From an uncultured Verrucomicrobiae bacterium (lineage in GTDB: Bacteria; Verrucomicrobiota; Verrucomicrobiia; Chthoniobacterales; Chthoniobacteraceae): a stretch of DNA of 64,000 nucleotides. The stretch spans positions 192,001-256,000 of the forward strand of contig CAVYKI010000012.1 in NCBI GenBank assembly GCA_963769025.1, given 5' to 3'. The position numbers and the translations under genes are program-made. The notes under the pieces are model-generated. The model saw only the letters and a list, made by a program, of their open reading frames with translations, was not told where the DNA came from and did no database searches. Positions 36,461-49,082 of this stretch are shown one piece after another (positions within the stretch are counted from its first letter, which is position 1; each line of letters opens with the position of its first letter).

Positions 36461-39442
36461 CTACTTCGCCGGTTCCTTCAGCGTCTGCAGGAACGCCTCG
36501 ATGTCGGCAATCTCCTGCGGCTTCAGGATGAGCCCCATCGGCGGCATGGGCGAGATGCCGAGTTTTTCAAAACCCTTCGCGAGCACCTTGTTCGGCTCCA
36601 GCAGGCTTTCCTTGAGGTAGGCGGCGTTCTGACGCGCGGCGATGCCGTCGAGCGCCGGGCCGACGGTGCTGCCCTGCCGCCGAGCATGTGGCAGTTCTTG
36701 CACGCGGCGACGGGATGGTTCCAGAAGATGTCCTCTCCGCGCTTCGCATCGCCCGCGAGCGACTTTCTCGGAATCGGATCTCGAGCGGCAGCAATTCACA
36801 GAGCTTCACGTCGTCGAAAGTGGCCATCGCCCTTCGCGACGTGCAGGATGTTGATGCTCGCCTTCGGCTTGTCCTTGTTCGTGAAGGTCGCCTCGACTTC
36901 GGTCCAGTCGCTCTCGCGCGCGGTGACTTTGTTCGTCTCCGCGCGGCCGACGTGGTCGTTGAGGCTGACCTTGCCGCGGAAGGCGTGGACCTTCACCCAG
37001 CCGCTGAGCCGGTAGCTCGTGTTCGGCTTCAGCGGCACGTCCTGGTAGAGACTGGTGTCGGCGTCGTCGCGCGTGATGCAGCGCACGCGCGCTTCCGCCG
37101 CCGTGCGCATCGGGCGACCACCTTCCACTCCGCACCCTTGTTGCCCGGCCTTGCTTGCCGTAGTCGCGGCGCTTCCAGCCCTCGGGCAGTCCGTCGGCGC
37201 CGAGTTTTTCGAAGTCGCCGTTCACGAGAAGATTCGGGCCTTCCTTGAACGCGGCGGCCTTGTGTTTCTTCACGAGCATGCGCGCGGCTTCCCGCAGCCA
37301 TTCGTCGCCCTGCACGGCGGGCTCGGCGGCGAGTCGTGCGACGAGGGTTTTGATCTCCGGTGTGGTGGGGAAATCGGCGAGCTTCACAAATGCGGCGAGC
37401 CGCGTGTGCAGGTCGGGATCGCTCACGACGCCGGAGCCGAAGAAGAGCTCGCTGCGCCGCCGCGTCGTCGCCGAGCGCGCGGATGGCGTTGCGGCGGAGG
37501 CGCGGCGTCCTTCGCAAGCAGCGCGGCCTTGTGGGTGTCGTCGTCGAGCAGGCCGAGCCCGTGCAGCGCCCACAGCGCGTGGATCGCGCCGATGGCTCCG
37601 TCGTTCGCGATGACGAGCTTGCTTCAGCGCCGGACGCTGCGTCGGCTCTTCTTGCCGTCCACGATCATCCCCTGCGCGAGCAGCCGCCAGTACTGGGTGT
37701 CGCGAATTCGAGCGCCGCCACGAGATCCGCCGTCGGTGCGCCGGCGAGCGGCTTGGGCATCGCCGCGGGCGTGTCCTTTGCCACGACGCGGTAGATGCGC
37801 CCGCGATTGATGATCGCGCAGCGGATTCTCGTGCGCGCCGCCGACGCCGGTCTTCGCCTCGTAGCCGCCGCGCGCGACGCTCGGCGTGGGATTGTGCTGG
37901 ATGATGAAATTCTGCCAGTCCGCGAACCACACCGCGCCGTCCGGACCGACCTCGGCGAAGACGGGCGACATCCACTCATCGCTGCTCGCCACGAGATTGA
38001 AGCATCCTTCGCGCCGTCTAGCCTGCGCCGTCCGGCTGCACGTCCATGAGGCGATGCAGCTTCATCGTCGGCTCGCAGACCATCGCCTTGCCCTGGAAGC
38101 GCGCGCGGCAGCTTCGCCGAGTAGATGAAACGACCGCTGCCGCGGCCGCCGCAGCGTGTAGCCCGCCGAAGACATCCACCTGCCGGTAGTTCGGCGTGAT
38201 GGCGTGCGCCTGTCCTGCACGACGTTGATTTTCTTCGCGGTCATCACGCGCAGCCCCGCGGGCACGACGCTCGCCGGGATGCCGCCGAAGAAGATCGGCG
38301 CGCCGTTCGCCGTGCCGCCGAACTGATCGCCCGCGTCATTCGCGCTGTGCGCCCACGCGTTGTTCGTGAACTGATGCAGGAACTCGAGCGCCGAGCCGTC
38401 CGGCTTGAAGCGATAGGTGCCCATCGCGAAGTCGAACGGCTTCCCGCCGACCGTGCCCTCGAAGCCCGAGTAGCCGACGCAGCCGTAGAGCCAGTTGTCG
38501 TAGCCGTAGTGCAGGTTGCTCGCCTGCGCGTGCGTGTCGCGGATGCCCCAGCCGTCGATGATGCACCTCGCGCACGTCGGCCTTGTCGTCGCCGTTCGTG
38601 TCCTTGAGGAAAAGGAAGCGCGGCGGCTGCGCGACGATCACGCCGCCGCGGGCGAAGACGATGCCGGTCGGGATGTTCAGCTTGTCGGCGAAGACGGTGA
38701 ACTTGTCCGCCTTGCCGTCGCCATTCGGTGTCCTCGCAAATCTTGATGTTGTCGTGCCCCTCGCCGTCCTCGGCTGACGCCGTGCGGATAGTCGCTCGTC
38801 TCCGCGACCCACAGCCGCCCGCGCTCGTCCCACGCGAATGCGATGGGCTTCGCGATGTCCGGCTCGCTCGCGAAGAGCTCCAGCTCGCAGATCCGCCGGC
38901 ACCTGCGTGCGCTCCATCGTGCCCTTCACGCTGAACGGATGCTGAAAGGTGATCGCCTCCGGGCGCTTCTCGTAGTTCGCGACATTCGGATTCTGCTCGC
39001 GCATTTCCGGTTCGCGCTGCGCGAGAAATTTCTCCCAGTCGGATTTCGCCGCCGGGTCCACCGTCGCAAGGATCGTCGAGCGGATCGCCGCAGGCGCTTC
39101 GTTGTCCTTCACCGTCACCACGCGTTGCTTCGCTTTCAGTGCAGAAAGCGCGGGCGCATCGCCGCCACCCAGCACCATCGCCACATCGTAGAGCGCGGCC
39201 ATCTTTTCACTGAGGCCCGAGGCCGGCGTGAAGTAGTCGAAGTAGATCGCATCGCGCCCGAGTTGCTCCATCGCGACGCGCAGGACGCCGGCCTTGCCCT
39301 GCTCCGCGCCGGCCGGATCAAAGAACAGAACCCGCAACGGCCGCGGCTCCGCGGCGAACGCGCCTGGAATGGAGGCGGTGAACATCGCCGCTGCGGAGAT
39401 TGCGAGGCAGGAAGCGGCGAGCGGACGGCGAATGCAGTTCAT
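36461..39442 (-). CDS. PVC-type heme-binding CxxCH protein with CBM4/9-like domain, multiply frameshifted
   Basis: DGKADKFTVFADKLNIPT, DTHAQASNLHYGYDNW, GPDGAVWFADW, RGRIYRV; GPNLLVNGDFE...LKPNTSYRLSGWVK; CKNCH near 36690; SPMPPMG. Confidence 0.8.
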
Positions 39443-39498
39443 GGCGTTGGAGGATGGGAGTGTGCCTATCCATAACCGCAAGCCCGCCCAAACCAATC

Positions 39499-39528
39499 TG
39501 ACATCTTTTGTGGGAAATCGGACACCCG
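39499..39528. promoter_or_regulatory. Putative AraC-family operator (copy 1)
   Basis: TGACATCTTTTGTGGGAAATCGGACACCCG, 25/30 identical to 42036-42065. Confidence 0.6.
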
Positions 39529-39760
39529 TCTCACCCGCCAGCCCGGATGCCACGACTAGGTCGCAGACACGATGCGAGTCGGGGATCTTCCGCAGGCCGA
39601 TGCCAGGACAGCGTTCCGGTCACACTACGCGCGAGCAACATCCGCTCAGCGGAGCCCTTTCGAGTTTGGACCGCTGCTTCCCGCGTGCCGTGGCGGGCAT
39701 CTGCGGGATACGATGGCGACCTGATACCGCACTTCTCCTCCTAAAAGAGGAAGGATCCGG

Positions 39761-41076
39761 CTAGATGAACTCGTTGATCAGGTTCTCCAGGAACTCCTGG
39801 CGTCCGCTCGTGTTCGCGGCGGCTTCGCCCTTCTCGAGCATGAGCTTTTCGAGCGAGCGCGAAGCTTTCCTTGCCCGCCTCGATGCTCGCGCCGAGGCCG
39901 CTGTCCCACGAGGCGTAGCGCTCCTTCACGAAGTCCGCCGAGCCGGCCATCGGCGCGGATCGCCGCGGCGATCTTCAGGCCGCGGGCGAAGGCGTCCATG
40001 CCGCCGATGTGCGCGTGGAAGAGATCCTCGGGGTCGATGCTCTCGCGGCGCACCTTCGCGTCGAAGTTCACGCCGCCGGTGGTGAAGCCGCCGTATTTCA
40101 GCGCCACGAGCATGCACTGCGTGGTGAGGTAGATGTCGGTCGGGAACTGGTCGGTGTCCCAGCCGAGGAGCAGGTCGCCGGTGTTGGCATCGATCGAGCC
40201 GAGCGCGCCCGCGGCGCCGGCGACTTCCATCTCGTGCTGCATCGAGTGCCCGGCGAGCGTGGCGTGGTTCGTCTCGAGGTTCAGCTTGAGGTGCGGCAGC
40301 AGGTCGTATTCGCGCAGGAAGTTCAGGCACGCCGCGGCGTCGCTGTCGTACTGGTGCTTGGTCGGCTCCTTCGGCTTCGGCTCGATGTAGAACTGGCCCT
40401 TGAAGCCGATCTCCTTCGCGTAATCCACGGCCATGTGCAGGAACTTCGCGAGGTGATCGAGCTCGCGCTTCATGTCCGTGTTCCAGAGCGTCGAGTAGCC
40501 CTCGCGGCCGCCCCAGAAGGTGTAGCCCTCGCCGCCGAGCTCGTGCGTCACTTCGAGCGCCTTCTTCACCTGCGCCGCGGCAAAGGCGAAGACGTCCGCA
40601 TTCGGCGAAGTCGCCGCGCCGTGCATGTAGCGCGGATGCACGAAGAGCTGCGCCGTGCCCCAGAGCAGCTTGATGCCGGTGCGCTGCTGCTGCTCCTTCA
40701 GGAGCGCGACGATGGTGTCGAGATACTCGTTCGACTCGCGCAGCGTCTTCCCGTGCGGCGCCACGTCGCGATCGTGAAAGGCGTAGTACGGCATCCCGAG
40801 CTTCTCCGCGATTTCGAAGAAGACCGGCACGCGCGCCTTCGCGAGATCGAGCCCGCTCAGGCCCGCCTCCCACGGGCGGATCGCCGTCGGCCCGCCGAAC
40901 ATGTCCGCGCCCTGCCCACACATCGTGTGCCAGTAGACGATCGAGAAGCGCAGGTGATCGCGCATCGTCTTGCCCTCGACCATTTCGTCCGGGTTGTAGT
41001 GCTTGAAGGCGAGCGGGTTCTTCGACTTCGGGCCTTCGTAGGCGATGCGGCTGATGTTCGGGAAGTTGGAGCTCAT
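39761..41076 (-). CDS. xylA: Xylose isomerase (frameshifts near the 3' end)
   Basis: [45 protein letters not shown], ending [15 protein letters not shown]. Confidence 0.96.
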
Positions 41077-41181
41077 TTTGGGGTTTGGAGATGTTTGCGT
41101 TTGGAGGCGGGATTGGCAGACCGGCTGCCGTTGACATCGAAGGTATAACCCGGCATCGAGCAAAGCGTGACGACAAAGCCT

Positions 41182-41982
41182 ATGCCAAATGCGCCACACA
41201 CATCGCCCCATCGCCCGGTGGGCGCGTTCCCGCAAAAGCTGGCTCGCGAACGGGCGGCGTGGCTGGGCAAGGTGCACCCGAATGCCCATTTTCACACGCT
41301 CTTCGACCATCTGCCCGGCGTCTGCTTCTACAGCAAGGATGTGCGCGGGCGCTTCATGCTCGTGAGCCGCGGCTTTCTCCAGCACCATCAAATGCGCCAT
41401 GAGCAGGAGCTTGTCGGGCTGACCGATTTTGATGTCACCCCACACCACATGGCCTCCGGCTACGTCCGTGACGATGCACGCCTTCTCTCCGGGAAGTCCC
41501 GCTGCGTCGAACGCGTCGAGCTTTGGTTCGACAAACAGGGAACGCCGGACTGGTTCTTCGTCAGCAAGGTGCCGCTCAGGGACACGGGCGGTCGCATCTG
41601 CGGAACAGCCGGCGTGGTGCGGCGCGCGGCCGAGCACGAAATGCAACTGCCGATGATCCAAGGCGTCGCCCGCGCCGTCGAAATCATCCGCCGGGACTTC
41701 GCCGGTCCCGTCGTGCTGAGCGAAGTCGCCCGGGCCTGCGGACTGTCGATGCGCCATTTTCAGCGCCGATTTCAGCATGCCTTCGGTTTCAATCCGCAGG
41801 AGTTCCTGATGAAGACACGGGTCGCCGCCGCGATGAAGCTGCTCGAAGAGACCAATCTGTCCGCATCCGAGATCGCGAACCGCTGCGGCTTCGTGGATGG
41901 GAGCAGCTTTGCCGAGCAATTCCGCCTGCGCGTCAGCCAGAGTCCCACGGCTTACCGCCAGACGTTGCGGAACGATGCCTGA
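41182..41982 (+). CDS. PAS-domain AraC-family regulator
   Basis: [22 protein letters not shown]-terminal [23 protein letters not shown]. Confidence 0.9.
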   Translation: MPNAPHTSPHRPVGAFPQKLARERAAWLGKVHPNAHFHTLFDHLPGVCFYSKDVRGRFMLVSRGFLQHHQMRHEQELVGLTDFDVTPHHMASGYVRDDARLLSGKSRCVERVELWFDKQGTPDWFFVSKVPLRDTGGRICGTAGVVRRAAEHEMQLPMIQGVARAVEIIRRDFAGPVVLSEVARACGLSMRHFQRRFQHAFGFNPQEFLMKTRVAAAMKLLEETNLSASEIANRCGFVDGSSFAEQFRLRVSQSPTAYRQTLRNDA

Positions 41983-42035
41983 CAGAGGCGGCGAGGATGT
42001 GACGCCCAATAAGCTCGCGCGGCGCGGCTGCCGAA

Positions 42036-42065
42036 TGGCATCGTTTGTCAGATATCGGACACCCG
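42036..42065. promoter_or_regulatory. Putative AraC-family operator (copy 2)
   Basis: TGGCATCGTTTGTCAGATATCGGACACCCG directly before the ATG at 42067. Confidence 0.6.
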
Positions 42066-42066
42066 C

Positions 42067-42840
42067 ATGGCCGCCGCCCGCAAACGCAAAAGTCCCTCCT
42101 CGCTCCGCGAAAGCTTCATCCGCTCCGTCGCGGCGGAGAGCAGCTACCACGCGATCTTTGAGCACGTCACCGGGGTCGCGTTTTTCATGAAGGACCGGCA
42201 GTCGCGCCTCGTCGCGGCGAACCGGCTTTTTTACGAGCGCGTTGGCTTCCGCAGCGAAGCCGAACTCATCGGCAAGGACGACCTCGCGCTCTTTCCCGCG
42301 CGGCTCGCGGAGCATTTCCGCCGCGACGACGCGGAGGTCCTGCGCACCGGAAAGCCGAAGCTGAACATCATCGAGCTGTTCTTCAACCGGCAGGGCATCC
42401 CCGATTGGTTCCTCACGCACAAGCTGCCCGTGCGCGACCGGCGCGGACGGGTCGTGGGCGTCATCGGCGTCACGCAGAGCTACGGCTTTGGCAGCAGCGT
42501 GCGCGAGCCGTATCTCGCGATCGACCGCGCCGTGTCGCTCATCCGCGAGCGCTTCCGTGAAAAGCTCACCATCGGCGAACTCGCCGCGGCGGCGCATCTC
42601 TCGCCGCGCCAGTTGCACCGCAAGTTCATCGAGATCTTCGGCAGCAGCCCGCAGTCGTTCATTTTGAAGGTGCGGATCCAGGCTGCGTGCGAACTGCTCC
42701 AGGAAGGCGACCGGCTCATCAGCGAAATTGCGGGCGAGTCGGGCTTCGGCGATCAGAGCTCGTTCACGCAACACTTTCGCAGGCACCTCGGAATGACGCC
42801 CCGCCGCTACCGGCAGCAATACCGGCTTGTGCGGCGCTGA
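42067..42840 (+). CDS. PAS-domain AraC-family regulator (paralogue)
   Basis: [40 protein letters not shown]. Confidence 0.9.
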   Translation: MAAARKRKSPSSLRESFIRSVAAESSYHAIFEHVTGVAFFMKDRQSRLVAANRLFYERVGFRSEAELIGKDDLALFPARLAEHFRRDDAEVLRTGKPKLNIIELFFNRQGIPDWFLTHKLPVRDRRGRVVGVIGVTQSYGFGSSVREPYLAIDRAVSLIRERFREKLTIGELAAAAHLSPRQLHRKFIEIFGSSPQSFILKVRIQAACELLQEGDRLISEIAGESGFGDQSSFTQHFRRHLGMTPRRYRQQYRLVRR

Positions 42841-42967
42841 TCCGGCCGGGGCAGATTTCACCAAAGCGGGCGGCGCGCAGGCGGTTTTCCACTCCGCCAG
42901 ACCGTCCTCGACACACCGTTTGCGGGCGGGCTAGCGTTTCAGACTCTCCAAGCAACCAACTCAAGCC

Positions 42968-44317
42968 ATGAATCCCATCATCACCCCGAATCCCCTCACC
43001 CGTCGTTCCTTTCTCCATCGCGGCGCTGCCGGCGTCGCCGGGGCCGCGCTCGTGAAGGGCTTTCCGCACATCGTGAATGCGCAGGCGGCCAAGGCCATCA
43101 AGATCGGCATCGTCGGCACCGGCGGACGCGGCTCGGGCGCGCTCACGGACGCGATGAATGCGGACCCGAATGTCGTCCTCACTGCGATGGGCGACGTGCA
43201 CGCGGACCGGCTGGAGACGAGCTTCAAGAACATCTCCACCGCGCGGCCCGACCAGGTGAAGGTGCCGGACAACCAGAAATTCTCCGGCTGGGACGCGATT
43301 GACCGCGTGCTCGCGACGGACATCGACATCGTGCTGCTCACGACGCCTCCAGGATTTCGCCCGGCGCATCTGCACAAGGCGATCAACGCGGGCAAGCATG
43401 TCTTCTGCGAGAAGCCGCTCGGCGTGGACGCGCCGGCGATCCGCCATGCGATGGAAGCGGTGAAGAAGGCGAAGGAGAAGAACCTCGCGATCCAGACCGG
43501 CTTTTGCTGGCGCTTTAATTATGCCGAGCGCGCGACCTGGAAGAAGATGCACGAGGGATTCATCGGCGACATCCGCAGCTACTACGGCACCTACCTGACG
43601 AGCAGCCCGTGGGCGCCATTCGAGCGCCAGCCCGACTGGCCGGAGGTCGAATACCAGCTCCGCAACTGGCTCTATTACACGTGGCTCAGCGGCGACATCA
43701 TCGTCGAGCAGGCCGTGCATTCCGTGGACAAGATGAGCTGGGCATTCAAGGACGTGCCGCCGCTGAAATGCACCGCGCTCGGCGGACGCCAGCAGCGCGT
43801 CGAGCCGGAGTTCGGCAATGTGTACGACCACTTCGCCGTGATGTACGAGTATCCGAATGGCGGACGCGGTTTCATCTACGCGCGCCAGCAGGGCGGCTGC
43901 TCGAATGAGAACGCGGACTACATCACCGGCGCAAACGGCACCGGGCAGGTGAACGGTTTCAGGCCGCTGCACGTGCTCGATACGGCCGACGGCAAGCGCT
44001 GGACCTACGAGAAGAACGGCGGCGCGGACGGTGCTTCGCCCGGCGAAAAGAACCTCATGTATGTCGAGGAGCACAAGGAGCTCATCGAGAGCATCAAGGC
44101 CGGCAAGCCGGTGAACAATGGCGAGCAGCTCGCGCACAGTTCGCTGCTCGCGATCATGGGCCGCATGAGCGCCTACACGGGCAAGACGATCACGTGGGAG
44201 GAAGCCGTAGAGTCCAAGGAGACCTGGTCGGCGATCGACGTAAACAAACTCGACTGGAACTCGAAGATTCCCGTGCCCGAAGTCGCGATGCCCGGCCGCT
44301 ACAAGCTGCCGGTGTAA
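42968..44317 (+). CDS. Gfo/Idh/MocA oxidoreductase with Tat signal
   Basis: TRRSFL; IGIVGTGGRGSGA; KHVFCEKP. Confidence 0.9.
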   Translation: MNPIITPNPLTRRSFLHRGAAGVAGAALVKGFPHIVNAQAAKAIKIGIVGTGGRGSGALTDAMNADPNVVLTAMGDVHADRLETSFKNISTARPDQVKVPDNQKFSGWDAIDRVLATDIDIVLLTTPPGFRPAHLHKAINAGKHVFCEKPLGVDAPAIRHAMEAVKKAKEKNLAIQTGFCWRFNYAERATWKKMHEGFIGDIRSYYGTYLTSSPWAPFERQPDWPEVEYQLRNWLYYTWLSGDIIVEQAVHSVDKMSWAFKDVPPLKCTALGGRQQRVEPEFGNVYDHFAVMYEYPNGGRGFIYARQQGGCSNENADYITGANGTGQVNGFRPLHVLDTADGKRWTYEKNGGADGASPGEKNLMYVEEHKELIESIKAGKPVNNGEQLAHSSLLAIMGRMSAYTGKTITWEEAVESKETWSAIDVNKLDWNSKIPVPEVAMPGRYKLPV

Positions 44318-44424
44318 GGCGAAACCGCTCACTTTTCGGAATCCGGCGAGCGAAGAGCGAACCCGCGAAGGTACCCGCAACTCGATCGACTGAATCCATC
44401 CGGGCGAACCGAACGTAAGGGTGA

Positions 44425-46835
<2,411 letters not shown>

Positions 46836-46985
46836 TGAAGGCGGCGCAGGCCGGTATTCTCCACGCAGACAACGGGCGAAAGCGCGATCCGCCTGGGAAG
46901 GTCGCAGCGCGTGATTTGCGGAGTTCCGTTTGAATAAGTTGCGCTGGCTTCGGTCGAAACGCGGGTAAGCTCCCGTACATCCGCC

Positions 46986-49027
46986 ATGAAACCACATTTC
47001 GTTCTCACCATTGTTTTCGCGGCGACCTTCGCCGGCTGCGACCAGAAACAGGCCGACGTCCAGGAACTCGAACGCAAGAACGCCGAACTCCAGGCCCGCC
47101 TCGCCGAGCAGGAGCGCAGCGCGAAGGCGAAGGAGGCCGAGGAGCTTCTCGCAAAACAGGCCGCCGCCAATGATGCGGCCGCGCGAAGCCTCGCCGAGGA
47201 ACGCGCGAAGCTCGAAGCGGAGAAGGCGCAACTTTCCGACGCGCAAAGGAAGGCGTCCGCCGAGGAGATCCGGCGGAAGGAGGAGACTCTCAAGGCCAGT
47301 GAGCGCAAACTCGCGGAGGCGCGGGAGGACGCTGCGGCAAAGCAGGCGGCGGCGCTGAAAGCCGCAAAGCCAGGTGGCTTGCGCACCGCGTCGGCTGCGA
47401 CGCGCACGCTGGACTATTTTTTCGACGCCCTCGACCCGCACGGCGACTGGGTGGAGGTCGAAGGCTACGGTTACGTTTTCCAGCCGACCGCGGCGAAGAA
47501 GGCCGGCTGGTGGCCTTACACGGATGGCGTCTGGGTCCGTACGGATCAGGGTTGGGCTTGGAAATCGAATGAGGCGTTTGGGTGGGCGACGTATCACTAT
47601 GGCCGCTGGATCCGGCTCAGCCGCCGCGGCTGGGTGTGGACCCCCGGCAGCGAATGGGCCCCGGCTTGGGTGGCGTGGCGTCGCAGCGACGAATACATCG
47701 GCTGGGCGCCGCTGCCGCCGGAGGCGCACAGTCCGCAGGGTTTCAACGCCGCGGTGGATGAATACTACGACATCGGCGCAGGCAGCTACGTATTCGTGGG
47801 AGAGCGCGATTTTCTCGGTGGCAAAAGCTATCTGAACCGGCTCGTCGCACCTGCGATGAATCTGCGCATTCATCCGCATACGGTGAACATCACAAACCTC
47901 GCCTACCGTCGGGTGAATCAGGAGATGATCCTTTTCAACGAAGGGCCTGATCCGGCGTCGTTCCGCGCAGCGGGTGCGCCGCCGCCACCACCGCCACTCC
48001 GGATCCGGCGTGTGGAACAGCATGACCCGGCCGCCGCGACCGTCGCAGGCGTGCTCTCGCTCGTCGGCCCGATCCTCGATCACATCGCCCCGCAATCGAA
48101 GCCAAAATCGATCAAAGGCCGTGAGCCTCAGAATATCGATCGCGGCTGGGCTGGAATCGAAGCGGAAGCGCAGCGCCGGTTGCGCGAGCGAAATGCCGAG
48201 GAGGCCAGGAGAATCGAGGCGCAGCAACGGGCTGGCGCGCCGCCAATCCCGCCGAGAGGTGCGCCGCCGGTTCATCCGCCGTCCACGCCACCGAGCGCTC
48301 CGCCGCCTCCGCCTCAACCGCCCCAGCCAGGCGCGCGGCCCCCTGCGCCGCGAAACTCACCTCCGAACAACCCGCCCGATGAGCCGCGGAAGGCACCGCC
48401 GGCCACTCCGCCAGTCACTCCGCCAGTCACTCCGCCAGTCACTCCGCCAGTCACTCCGCCAGTCACTCCGCCAGTCACTCCGCCAGTCACTCCGCCAGTC
48501 ACTCCGCCAGTCACTCCGCCAGTCACTCCGCCGGCCACTCCGCCGGCCACTCCGCCAGTCACTCCGCCAGTCACTCCGCCAGTCACTCCGCCAGTCACTC
48601 CGCCAGTCACTCCGCCAGTCACTCCGCCAGTCACTCCGCCAGTCACTCCGCCAGTCACTCCGCCAGTCACTCCGCCGACCCGATCACTCCGCCGATCACT
48701 CCACCCGTTGCACCGCTGATCACTCCGCCCGTTGCAGCCCCCTCTCCCTCACCAGCTGCACCGCCGGTTCCCGCTCCAATTGCTCCGCGAATTGACCCGC
48801 CAGCTCCTCCGCCGATCACGCCGCCCGCGCCTCCTGCTGAGCCTCCACCGATGCGACCTCCTGGAGTCGAAACTCCACCTGCCCGTGGTCCCGGATCGGG
48901 AGCCCCGCCCCTTCCGGGTCGGCCTCCGCAGGATGCCGAGGTCCCGCCCGGAACCCCGCCAATTCCCCCCGCTGCTCCCCCCGCTGCTCCCACCGCTCCT
49001 CCTCCGAAAACACCGGGCGAACCATAA
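46986..49027 (+). CDS. Lipoprotein with coiled coil, DUF6600-like domain and Pro-rich tail (frameshift ~48680)
   Basis: Lipobox FAGC; WPYTDGVW..GWAW..FGWATYHYGRW..WAPAWVAWR..IGWAPLPP; the Pro-rich frame continues after the shift to TAA at 49025-49027. Confidence 0.8.
48405..48680 (+). repeat. Coding 12-bp tandem repeat (ACTCCGCCAGTC), 23 units
   Basis: 10 x TPPV, 2 x TPPA, 10 x TPPV, 1 x TPPT. Confidence 0.97.
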
Positions 49028-49082
49028 CCGCCCGCTCGCTACTTCCCATCAGGCTCATCGCCCTCGCCGGATTCGGGCCCGG

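Noticed and set aside
41131..41149. TTGACA...TATAAC as a sigma70 promoter
   Set aside because: Spacer is only 7 bp
39778..42864. 1028-aa ORF suggesting a large N-terminal fusion to XylA
   Set aside because: The upstream part is antisense to two clear AraC genes; the real xylA start is at 41076
48405..48680. Possible CRISPR array
   Set aside because: Contiguous 12-bp units with no spacers, in-frame in a CDS, and no cas genes in the window
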